From contig NC_008312.1 of NCBI RefSeq assembly GCF_000014265.1, positions 3,570,001 to 3,602,000 on the forward strand: a stretch of DNA of 32,000 nucleotides, read 5' to 3'. Both the position numbers and the translations under genes were made by a program. Under the pieces are notes generated by a model. It did not search any database, had not been told where the DNA came from, and saw nothing but the letters and a program-made list of their open reading frames with translations. The DNA comes from Trichodesmium erythraeum IMS101. Lineage in GTDB: Bacteria; Cyanobacteriota; Cyanobacteriia; Cyanobacteriales; Microcoleaceae. Positions 1 through 8,314 of this stretch are shown one piece after another. The number at the start of each line of letters is the position of its first letter. The stretch's first letter is position 1.

Positions 1-354
1 CGATCTAACACCAACTGCATTATTAAACCGAAGCATTTCTAGACTATACTCACCATACATATCTCCAATATGTTGCTGACAACAGTCAATAGCAAATTCA
101 TCTAGTTCCTCTGGTTCAACATCGTACATATCCTTAAAAATATCTGCCTGGACTCGACAAAACTTTGGTCTATCAGGGTAAATACGACATTCTCGACTTA
201 AAGAGTCATAATTAATACACCATCCATCTGCCCCTATTAAACTCATATAATACTCAACCTCCTCTGCAGATAAGTATTCTTCTAGATCTGGGCGCTCCGT
301 CGGATCTAAGTAACAACAAGCACCACAACTTTTTATACAACGCCAAGTAACCAT
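1..354 (-). CDS. YkgJ-family (CxxCxxCC) cysteine-cluster protein. Its 3' end runs off the window.
   Basis: My translation of the minus strand from the ATG (CAT at 352-354) gives MVTWRCIKSCGACCYLDPTERPDLEEYL...WCINYDSLSRECRIYPDRPKFCRV. The frame stays open to position 1. It is absent from the ORF track because the window truncates it. Confidence 0.7.
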   Translation of the reverse strand, partial: MVTWRCIKSCGACCYLDPTERPDLEEYLSAEEVEYYMSLIGADGWCINYDSLSRECRIYPDRPKFCRVQADIFKDMYDVEPEELDEFAIDCCQQHIGDMYGEYSLEMLRFNNAVGVRS

Positions 355-545
355 TTTTTTTAACTTGAAATTTTCATTTAAAATTCCCCAAAAAATTTTA
401 GAGGACTGGAACTAACATCCCCTTGACTCTAGCAAAACGAAATATTGAGTTTTGTAAAGTTTATTAAATTAAATAGACAATCCCTTGATAAAATAAAAAA
501 TAGTTTTTTAGTTCACTATCTATTTTATTAAATTATAGAGGAAAT

Positions 546-677
546 ATGGGGTTTTTAACTGATTTTTTCAGCAACATTAACTTTGAAACCATCGCCCAGT
601 TAACAATGCTAGCCATGGTTTTGATTGCTGGCCCGGTAGTAATTGTGTTATTAGCACTTCAGGGAGGCGATCTTTAA
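546..677 (+). CDS. psb30: Photosystem II reaction centre protein Psb30 (Ycf12), 43 aa
   Basis: My translation is MGFLTDFFSNINFETIAQLTMLAMVLIAGPVVIVLLALQGGDL. It matches the remembered Ycf12 pattern SNINFE.IAQLTM.AM..IAGP..I.LLA...G.L. It is below the 60-aa cutoff of the ORF track. Confidence 0.88.
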   Translation: MGFLTDFFSNINFETIAQLTMLAMVLIAGPVVIVLLALQGGDL

Positions 678-709
678 TCCTTTCCGCCCAGAGCTGATAG
701 TAGTAGATA

Positions 710-812
710 GTAGGTTTTAAGTCTTAGGAAGTAGGTAGCAGGTAAACTTTTATCCCCCAGAGCTTGCAGATGTGGTTTAGTTAACTCTGGTTACCTAAAA
801 GCTAAAACCTAC
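710..812. repeat. Long imperfect inverted repeat downstream of psb30
   Basis: GTAGGTTTTAAGTCTTAGG (710-728) matches the reverse complement of CCTAAAAGCTAAAACCTAC (794-812) at 16/19 positions. The arms extend imperfectly outward (GATAGTAG.. / ..CCACCTATC). No T-run follows, so I do not call it a terminator. Confidence 0.4.
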
Positions 813-1183
813 CACCTATCAATTAAAAATTAACAACGGTTTTGTTCCATGAAAGTAGCCATATAGCTGTTGCTAGGCTCGGCCTTTTATATTAGTTTGA
901 AGGACAAAACCTATCTTCCAGCATCAAACTATACACTACACACCATTTTAGTTATGTAATTTCACCAGCAATTAAAAAATAAGAACTTTAGCAAATTTCA
1001 GGGAAATTAGGACATTATCACTCCTCTCAAATTTCATCTAAGCTAAAAATCTACAAAAAAATTGCCATTCCCCTTAATTACTACTACTACTACTACTAGC
1101 TCAGAACCGAACTACCTTTATAATTTTGCCATCAATACAGCTTAACTGAATAACCTATAAACCATAAAACCATTCTTCTTTAA

Positions 1184-1870
1184 TTAGCTTAATATTCTAA
1201 ACCAATAACCTTTCCCATAAACAGTATGAATTAATGGCGAGTCCCCAGCCACCTCTATTTTTCTTCGCAATAACCGTACTTGTGCTGCTAAAACATTACT
1301 ACTTGGTTGTCCCCCTTCTCCCCACAAATATTCATAAATTTGTTGGTGAGTTAAAAGTTCCCCGGGATAGTTCATAAAATATCCCAACAGCTTACATTCT
1401 TTTTCAGATAAGAAAATCACTTGCCCGCCACGATAAGCAACCTTATTTTCTATATCTAACTCTAAATTTCCTACCCGTAAATTTTGATCAGCTGTAGATG
1501 TTTCAATAATAACACGGCGACGCAATAAAGCTCGAACCCTTGCTAATAACTCTCGTAACTCAAAAGGCTTAACTAAATAATCATCCGCACCAGCATCTAA
1601 CCCCCTAACACGCTCATCTAATGTATCTTTAGCAGTAAGAAATAAAACAGGGGTATAGTCATGGCGCGATCGCAACCTTTGACAAATCTCCAGCCCTGTC
1701 TTTTGGGGTAACATCCAATCTAAAATCAATAAATCATAGTTACCCTCAACAGCCATTTGAAAACCCGCCTCTCCATGATCAGCAACATCAACATTATAAC
1801 CCTCCCTATTCAAAGCACAACTTAGAGGAGAAGTAAACTCTGGTTCATCATCCACCAAAAGAATCTGCAT
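1184..1870 (-). CDS. OmpR/PhoB-family two-component response regulator
   Basis: It has a receiver domain (MQILLVDDEPEF, DLLILDWMLP, LTAKD) and a winged-helix output domain (LRLLRRKIE..., TVYGKGYWF). I place the start at the internal ATG at 1870. The 26 extra residues of the track ORF (to 1948) are hydrophobic and unlike any receiver N-terminus. Confidence 0.85.
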   Translation of the reverse strand: MQILLVDDEPEFTSPLSCALNREGYNVDVADHGEAGFQMAVEGNYDLLILDWMLPQKTGLEICQRLRSRHDYTPVLFLTAKDTLDERVRGLDAGADDYLVKPFELRELLARVRALLRRRVIIETSTADQNLRVGNLELDIENKVAYRGGQVIFLSEKECKLLGYFMNYPGELLTHQQIYEYLWGEGGQPSSNVLAAQVRLLRRKIEVAGDSPLIHTVYGKGYWFRILS

Positions 1871-2227
1871 TTGATCAATTAAATAACTGTAAATATACCC
1901 AGTACTTACCCAAAAAATAAACTTCCAAACAAAATTTAGTAGCAGCAAAAAACAAAAAATCAGAGCAAAAAACCCCTTTTCTTATTTAGGCACCTAAGTA
2001 TTCATCTATTCATCATATTATCTTTTGATTATCATATAATCCATATAATCTATATAATTAACTTCAACCTATGAAAACTCAATATTGTCAAATTTAATCC
2101 TTACTATTTCAATTTCATCAATTGATTATAATTATGTTCTTGGATAATTCTTAAATTGTGAAAAAGCCAGCTAATATGCTACCTTATTATAGCATTAAAC
2201 TAGCAAAAGCTTAAACATAAAAAATCT

Positions 2228-4060
2228 ATGAGTAGAAACTCAAGCAAAAATAATAATAGCAAATATTACACTAAAAACATTGAAACAGACTGGCAACTAA
2301 TTCAACGCTTGCTAAACTACACCCGACCTTACAAAACCTTAGTAGCAACATCACTAATATTATTATTACCACTATCAATTGCAGGTACAATTCAACCACT
2401 ATTAGTCGGACAAGCAATTTCTCTAATTTTAAGAGAAAAAACTTGGCTATTTCTCCAACAAATATCATTATCTCAAGGACTAAATACTTTAGCAATAATA
2501 TTAACCCTAAGCATCATTGTACAATTCCTATTTCAATCTGTACAAGGTTTTTTAGTAGAAAAAATCGGACAGCAAATTACCGCTGATATTAGAAATGATT
2601 TATTTAAACACGTTCTTTCCCTAGGAGTAAAATTTTTTGACACTGCCCCTGTAGGTAAATTAATTACTCGCCTTACCAGCGATGTTGAAGCTTTAGGAGA
2701 TGTCTTTTCTACAGGTGCTATTGGGATAATAAGGGATTTATTCTCAATTTTAATCATTGCAGTCACCATATTTATTCTTCAATGGCAATTGGCCTTAACA
2801 CTCATACTAATGATGTTACCAGTAACAGCAATTGTTATCTATTTCCAGCAAAAATATCGGCACGCTAATTACAAAGCTAGAGATGAACTTTCCGATTTAA
2901 ATTCTCAGCTACAAGAAAACTTAGTTGGCATTGAAATAGTGCAATTATTTCGCAGAGAAAAGTTCAACTCAGAATTATTTAGAGCCAATAATATAAATTA
3001 TGTAAAAGCATTAGATAAAACTATCTTTTATGACTCTGCTATCTCTGGTATTTTAGAATGGATTTCTTTAATTGCTATCGCTACAGTTTTATTCTTAGGA
3101 GGACAATTTTTTTTAGCAGGAAATCTAGACTTTGGTACTCTATCTTCCTTCATTTTATATGCTCAACGTTTATTCAACCCCTTACGACAATTTGCTGAAA
3201 AATTTACAGCTATTCAAGCTGGATTAACCGCCATTGAACGCATTGCAAATATTCTCAACGAAAAAATTGAAATTATTGACCCAGAAAAAGAAATTCAAAA
3301 GTTATCAAACCTTCAAATTAATAATTCCCAAATAGGTGAAATTAGATTTGAAAATGTCTGGTTTGCCTACAAATCAAATCAATATATTCTCAAAAACATT
3401 AACTTTACTATTAAACCAGGAGAAAAAATTGCCTTAGTCGGACCGACTGGAGCCGGAAAAAGTTCTATAATTCGCTTACTTTGTCGTTTATATGATGTAA
3501 ATAAAGGTAGGATTTTAGTTGATGGAATTAATATTAAAAACTTACCTCAAGCAGAATTACGGAAACATATTGGTGTGATTCTACAAGATGGATTTTTATT
3601 TACTGGAGATGTAAAAAGTAATATTACTCTCGGAGAAAAATATTCATTTGAAGAAATTAAAGCATCAGCAAAAAGCACAAATATAGATAAATTCATTGCC
3701 GAATTACCCCAAGGATATAATACTCAATTACGAGAACGAGGATCTAACATTTCAGGTGGTCAAAAACAATTATTAGCATTTGCCCGTGCTGCTATTCGTA
3801 ACCCGAAAATTTTAGTACTTGACGAAGCAACTGCTAGTTTAGATGTCAGAACAGAAGCTTTAATTCAATCAGCATTAGAAAAAATTTTAGCACAACGAAC
3901 AGGTATTATTATTGCTCATCGACTTTCCACAATTAGAAATGTTAATCGGATATTTGTACTGAAAACAGGAGAATTAACTGAGTCAGGTACCCATCAAGAA
4001 TTACTACAACAAAACGGTACTTATGCTAGTTTATATAAATTGCAAACGTTAGGAACTTGA
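2228..4060 (+). CDS. ABC exporter, fused permease and ATPase (MsbA/MdlB-type half transporter)
   Basis: The 610-aa ORF has an N-terminal multi-TM exporter domain. The NBD has Walker A GPTGAGKSS, signature ISGGQKQ and Walker B ILVLDEATASLD. Confidence 0.88.
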   Translation: MSRNSSKNNNSKYYTKNIETDWQLIQRLLNYTRPYKTLVATSLILLLPLSIAGTIQPLLVGQAISLILREKTWLFLQQISLSQGLNTLAIILTLSIIVQFLFQSVQGFLVEKIGQQITADIRNDLFKHVLSLGVKFFDTAPVGKLITRLTSDVEALGDVFSTGAIGIIRDLFSILIIAVTIFILQWQLALTLILMMLPVTAIVIYFQQKYRHANYKARDELSDLNSQLQENLVGIEIVQLFRREKFNSELFRANNINYVKALDKTIFYDSAISGILEWISLIAIATVLFLGGQFFLAGNLDFGTLSSFILYAQRLFNPLRQFAEKFTAIQAGLTAIERIANILNEKIEIIDPEKEIQKLSNLQINNSQIGEIRFENVWFAYKSNQYILKNINFTIKPGEKIALVGPTGAGKSSIIRLLCRLYDVNKGRILVDGINIKNLPQAELRKHIGVILQDGFLFTGDVKSNITLGEKYSFEEIKASAKSTNIDKFIAELPQGYNTQLRERGSNISGGQKQLLAFARAAIRNPKILVLDEATASLDVRTEALIQSALEKILAQRTGIIIAHRLSTIRNVNRIFVLKTGELTESGTHQELLQQNGTYASLYKLQTLGT

Positions 4061-4734
4061 TCAATATTTAAGTTTAGCTCTAACCAAAAACCTCAGACCT
4101 AACAATTTTACCCAGTATAAAAATATATAGAATAAGATGATATCAGAAAAGAACCTACCCCAAGAAAAAAATCAGGCTATCTTGCACCATTACCTTCGTA
4201 TTATGAGCATTAACATTAGCTCATCAAAATAATATAATTTACCCAGATTTTGAGTCAGAAAAATTGATACATCTTAAATAAGATTAAAAAACAGCATTGA
4301 TAGATTTTGGCGCCACAAAAAAAATATTTTTTTCACCAAAACTAACCAAACAAAAAGCAAAAAAATAACTATCCCAGTTAACAGAAAAAGGGAGTTAGCA
4401 AAAAAAAATTGGCGTGAATTATCAGCATAAGAGAAAAAATTTGCTCATATATACTCATATTAATAATAGTCAAAAAAACAGATTTTCCTAACCTCATATC
4501 CCAAGTCAATTACACAACTTAGAAAAGCTTTGAAATAAAGCTTACTGAGGATTATAAGATACCTACTTAAATCAAAATTTAGACTTACCAGGAAAACCAA
4601 AATCTGTACTCAAACTTATTAGCCATAGAGACTTAAATACTACTTTGAATCTCCAGCACCGCAGCTAGTTTAACCGCAACATTCTGTCGAAGAAATAACG
4701 CCCATATTATCAATAATGTAGAATAGAAAACTTG

Positions 4735-5917
4735 TTAACTTTCACTCCTTCATTCCTTCATTTGCTTATTCATTTTCTGAAGCTCAAAAAAAATAAAGAA
4801 ATTTGCTTGCCTTGCATTTCCACCAAAATTTTGATAATATAAAGATATAAGGGGTTATTCGCCCCTACCTATGACTATTTATTCAACACAAAAAAATATT
4901 CTTCCCCCCAACAATATGATATTTAATCAACTATAATCATCTGGTGAGCTTACAGAAATCTACAAACACCAAAATAACCCTCAACTATCTATACTCTCCC
5001 AAAGCATTCATTCCTTCATTCCTTTATTCATTTTCTGAAGCTCAAAAAAAATAAAGAAATTTGCTTGCCTTGCATTTCCACCAAAATTTTGATAATATAA
5101 AGATATAAGGGGTTATTCGCCCCTACCTATGACTATTTATTCAACACAAAAAAATATTCTTCCCCCCAACAATATGATATTTAATCAACTATAATCATCT
5201 GGTGAGCTTACAGAAATCTACAAACGCCAAAATAACCCTCAACTATCTATACTCTCCCAAAGCATTCATTCCTTTATTCTTTCACGCCTTCATTCCTTCA
5301 TTCATTTTCTGAAGCTCAAAAAAAATAAAGAAATTTGCCTTGCATTTCCACCAAAATTTTGATACTGTAAAGATATAAGGATTTGTTCGCCCCTACCTAT
5401 GACTATTTATTCAACACAAAAAAATATTCTTCCCCCCAACAATATGATATTCAATCAACTATAATCATCTGGTGAGCTTACAGAAATCTACAAACACCAA
5501 AATAACCCTCAACTATCTATACTCTCCCAAAGCATTCATTCCTTCATTCCTTTATTCATTTTCTGAAGCTCAAAAAAAATAAAGAAATTTGCCTTGCATT
5601 TTTCCTAAATTTTGATACTGTAAAAATATAAGGATTCGTTCGCCCCTACACATGACTATTTATTCAACACAAAAAAATATTCTTCTCCCCAACAATATGA
5701 TATTTAATCAACTATAATCATCTGGTGAGCTTGCAGAAATCTACAAACACCAAAATAACCTTCAACTATCTATACTCTCCCAAAGCATTCATTCCTTTAT
5801 TCATTTTCTGAAGCTCAAAAAAAAAGAAAGAAATTTGCCTTGTATTTTTCCCAAAATTTTGATACTGTAAAAATATAAGGATTCGTTCGCCCCTACGCAT
5901 GACTATTTATTCAACTT
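4735..5917 (+). repeat. Tandem array of about 4.6 copies of a 245-274 bp unit in a 2.2-kb gene-free gap
   Basis: The unit landmark CATTTTCTGAAGCTCAAAAAAAA occurs at 4771, 5029, 5303, 5557 and 5802. The copies are highly similar. Length differences lie in a TTCATTCC-type microsatellite. The last copy diverges after about 5917. Confidence 0.9.
4812..4840 (+). promoter_or_regulatory. Sigma70-like promoter, reiterated in every unit of the tandem array
   Basis: Copy 1 has TTGCAT (4812-4817), a 17-nt spacer, then TAATAT (4835-4840). Copy 2 has the same at 5070-5098. Copy 3 has TTGCAT-17-TACTGT at 5340-5368. Copy 4 has TTGCAT-16-TACTGT at 5594-5621. Copy 5 has TTGTAT-17-TACTGT at 5840-5868. This is a sequence-only prediction. 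Confidence 0.45.
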
Positions 5918-6168
5918 AAATTGTATTTAATCACAAATAAAAATTAGAAGGTAACAGTTTTTCACCCCTACAAATGTTATATGATTTGTATTTTGTGCAA
6001 ATTAAATATCATACTTATATTTAGATAGATAAAAATAGATTTTAAAAATAGATTTTTTTAAAAGTAAATAGCTTTTAATACTACTAATTTTAGCAACCTT
6101 TTTTGTAGAAAAAAAATGTAGATATTGACAATTTGTATATTTATAATTAACATCTTAAATAGCAAAAT

Positions 6169-6304
6169 TAAGTAAGTAAAAACTAATAAACATCACTATG
6201 TAACGAAACCTTTATCTAGTCTAAAGTCTGGATATTATCTGTTTTTTTAGACTTATTTGCCCTCCCTGGGGAGATAGTTGTAAATTTTCCTACTTACCTA
6301 CTTA
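6169..6304. repeat. MITE-like element, copy 1 (terminal inverted repeat TAAGTA(A/G)GTAA... / ...CTTACCTACTTA)
   Basis: The ends, TAAGTAAGTAAA (6169-6180) and CTTACCTACTTA (6293-6304), are inverted. The internal landmark TCACTATGTAAC is shared with the copy at 10492-10624. It ends 4 nt before the RTX ORF start. Confidence 0.45.
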
Positions 6305-6308
6305 ATCA

Positions 6309-6746
6309 TTGCCAATATCTAAAATTATTGAACTATGCCAATATCTAAAATTATTGAACTATAGACTAATTGGAAGTAGTGGAAACGACATATTAGTTGG
6401 TGGTAAAGGCAAAGATATTCTCACAGGTGGCAGTGGAGTCGATCGCTTCTTCTTTGAATCTCCCAAAGACGGCATAGACAAAATTACAGATTTTAACGCT
6501 TTAAACGAAACTATAGTCATTAACAGTCGCACATTCGACAGCTTGAACCCCGGTAAATTATTAAGTAACCAATTTTCTATTGGATCAAGAGATGCAAAAG
6601 CTACCACATCAGACCAAAGATTTATTTACACCACTGATGGGTCATTATTCTTCGATCCAGACGGAAAAGGTGGCATTGAACAAACTAAAATAACTGTTTT
6701 TGCTAATCTTCCTTTTCTATCCAGCGATAACTTTGAAATTGTTTAA
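6309..6746 (+). CDS. Short hemolysin-type calcium-binding (RTX) repeat protein, probably a C-terminal remnant of a larger gene
   Basis: It has the nonapeptide repeats GSSGNDILVGGKGKDILTGGSGVDRFFF. These are followed by the usual cyanobacterial RTX tail (DKITDF..., DQRFIYTTDGSLFFDPDG). The only start is a TTG inside a 26-bp duplication directly after a MITE-like element. Confidence 0.55.
   Translation: MPISKIIELCQYLKLLNYRLIGSSGNDILVGGKGKDILTGGSGVDRFFFESPKDGIDKITDFNALNETIVINSRTFDSLNPGKLLSNQFSIGSRDAKATTSDQRFIYTTDGSLFFDPDGKGGIEQTKITVFANLPFLSSDNFEIV
6310..6361 (+). repeat. Perfect 26-bp tandem duplication across the 5' end of the RTX ORF
   Basis: TGCCAATATCTAAAATTATTGAACTA occurs at 6310-6335 and again at 6336-6361. 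The length is not a multiple of 3, so it shifts the frame between the two copies. Confidence 0.9.
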
Positions 6747-6780
6747 AGTCCTACAAGAATTTAGCTTTGACCCCAAGTAT

Positions 6781-7080
6781 AGCTAGGCCAGAACAGTGCC
6801 TAGACCTCATATGAATCTCAGCCATTGCTTGTGCCCTAATTTCAAAAAACTCCCTATTCTTTACCCGTAGTCCTTTCACATCCTCCCCGTCATAAAAGCA
6901 CTGAGACTCCTACCGAGCTGTAGCCCCTCCGCGGGTTAACATATCACAGGCTGCTGTTACCTTTTCAGTAGTCTTTTGCTGACCGACCTGTCCGTTTTTT
7001 TGTCTCGGTATGTCTACCTGGGACTAATATATTTATTGTGAACTAGAAGGCATGATAACATAACCAGTGGAAAAAAATAA
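6781..7080. other. GC-rich non-coding island of unknown nature (candidate structured RNA or mobile-element relic)
   Basis: My count for 6861-6960 is 53 G+C per 100 nt, against a background of roughly one third. There is strong C-over-G skew on the plus strand, a local hairpin CTAGGC-9 nt-GCCTAG (6783-6803), and no ORF of 60 aa or more. Confidence 0.3.
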
Positions 7081-7130
7081 ACTAAAAAGTCACCCGCTTA
7101 TGGGCGAGGCTTTAAACCCAATTTTTCCGT
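7081..7130 (-). repeat. Dispersed roughly 45-nt motif, copy A (CGGAAAAATTGGGTTTAAAGCCTCGCCC-loop-GGGTGAC on the minus strand)
   Basis: It is homologous to 11956-12005 and 12884-12927 on the plus strand. In copy C the core forms a hairpin, TCGCCC-ACCCATC-GGGCGA. Confidence 0.6.
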
Positions 7131-7179
7131 AATATTCAACTGTATATTTAAGTACTTCTATAACCAGCAAGTTACAATA

Positions 7180-8250
7180 ATGAACAACTCCTCCATAAAC
7201 GAATGGCCTAGTTTATTACAGCAATTACTTGATGGCCAATCTTTATCATCCTCCCAAGCCTCAAACTTAATGCAAGGATGGCTACAAGAAGAAATTCCAC
7301 CTGTTCTATCAGGAGCAATATTAGCAGCCTTACAAGCCAAAGGTGTATCTGCTCAAGAATTAGCTGGTATGGCAAAAGTATTACAATCTTTATCCTTAAC
7401 AAAAGAATACCATAATAACAATATTCCCATCACCAACTTTCAATACCCTATCATTGATACCTGCGGTACTGGTGGAGATGGAGCCTCAACATTCAATATT
7501 TCCACTGCAGTTGCTTTTGTCCTAGCCGCCGCAGGAGTACCAGTAGCCAAACATGGTAACCGTTCTGCTTCAGGTAAAGTCGGTTCTGCTGACGTATTAG
7601 AAGCATTAGGAATACGTTTGAATGCACCCACAGAAAAAGTAATATCTGCATTATCTGAAGTAGGAATTACCTTTCTATTTGCACCCGGCTGGCATCCAGC
7701 AATGAAATGTGTAGTTCCTCTACGGAGGACTTTAAAAGTACGAACCGTGTTTAACCTTTTAGGTCCTTTAGTTAACCCCTTGCGTCCCCAAGCTCAAATT
7801 ATTGGTGTATACAATTCTACACTAGTAAAAACAGTAGCCCAAGCTTTAGGAATATTAGGAGTAGAATATGCGATCGCTCTCCACGGTAGAGAAAAACTTG
7901 ACGAAGCTGGTCTAGGCGACATCACTGATATAGCCATATTATCTCATGGTGAGGTAAAAGCCACCTCAATTAACCCCCAATATTTAGGCTTAAATTATGC
8001 CCCAATAAGTACCTTACAAGGTGGAGACGTAGAGCAAAACGCCGAAATTCTCAAAAACGTTCTTCAGGGTAAAGGAACTTCTCAACAAACAGATGTAGTG
8101 GCTTTGAATAGTTCTCTGGCACTACAGGTAGCGGGCGTTGTACCACTAGAAGCTCATCAAGAAGGTATTGGCAAAGCTAAAGATATTCTCCAAAGTGGTG
8201 CAGCTTGGTTGAAATTAGAGCAGTTAGTTCAATTCTTATCAATCTTTTGA
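7180..8250 (+). CDS. trpD: Anthranilate phosphoribosyltransferase
   Basis: The 356-aa ORF has the diagnostic [20 protein letters not shown] and [21 protein letters not shown] motifs. Confidence 0.92.
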   Translation: MNNSSINEWPSLLQQLLDGQSLSSSQASNLMQGWLQEEIPPVLSGAILAALQAKGVSAQELAGMAKVLQSLSLTKEYHNNNIPITNFQYPIIDTCGTGGDGASTFNISTAVAFVLAAAGVPVAKHGNRSASGKVGSADVLEALGIRLNAPTEKVISALSEVGITFLFAPGWHPAMKCVVPLRRTLKVRTVFNLLGPLVNPLRPQAQIIGVYNSTLVKTVAQALGILGVEYAIALHGREKLDEAGLGDITDIAILSHGEVKATSINPQYLGLNYAPISTLQGGDVEQNAEILKNVLQGKGTSQQTDVVALNSSLALQVAGVVPLEAHQEGIGKAKDILQSGAAWLKLEQLVQFLSIF

Positions 8251-8314
8251 AATTATTTGAGTCTGCTAAAAATAGGGGAAAAGTTTTAGGAGTTAGGGGT
8301 TATATAATGTCTAG

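Noticed and set aside
1079-1099. (TAC)6 microsatellite
   Set aside because: It is real but trivial, with no associated feature. I note it only as a possible slippage-prone marker.
1871-1948. 26-residue N-terminal extension of the response regulator in the track ORF
   Set aside because: The extension (MLLLNFVWKFIFWVSTGYIYSYLIDQ) is unlike any receiver domain. The internal ATG at 1870 gives the canonical MQILLVDDE start.
2271-2769. Track ORFs 2271..2495 and 2533..2769 on the minus strand
   Set aside because: They lie entirely antisense within the well-supported ABC transporter CDS. Their composition is low-complexity Leu/Ile/Val-rich with no motifs. They are typical shadow ORFs of an AT-rich gene.
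4735-5917. CRISPR array
   Set aside because: The whole 245-274 bp unit is repeated. There are no short conserved repeats alternating with unique spacers, and no cas genes are in the window. The same reasoning applies to 23743-24522.
6359-6607. Track ORF 6359..6607 (-), antisense to the RTX ORF
   Set aside because: It is a shadow of the Gly/Asp repeat region, with no independent start context or motif.
6800-6845. TPP-riboswitch-like GGGCAC...GGCTGAGAT on the minus strand
   Set aside because: The downstream conserved pyrimidine-sensor and pyrophosphate helices (ACCTGATCTGGATAATGCCAGCG-type) are not present, and no thiamine gene follows on that strand.
6900-6940. tRNA-like start on the minus strand (GGGGCTACAGCTCGGTAGGAG)
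   Set aside because: There is no closing D-stem, no anticodon arm and no T-arm (GTTCRANYC) downstream. It also fails as a tmRNA 5' end, because the tRNA-like 3' partner is absent.
7158-7631. Track ORFs 7158..7340, 7208..7402 and 7440..7631 (-)
   Set aside because: All are antisense within trpD, whose identity is unambiguous.
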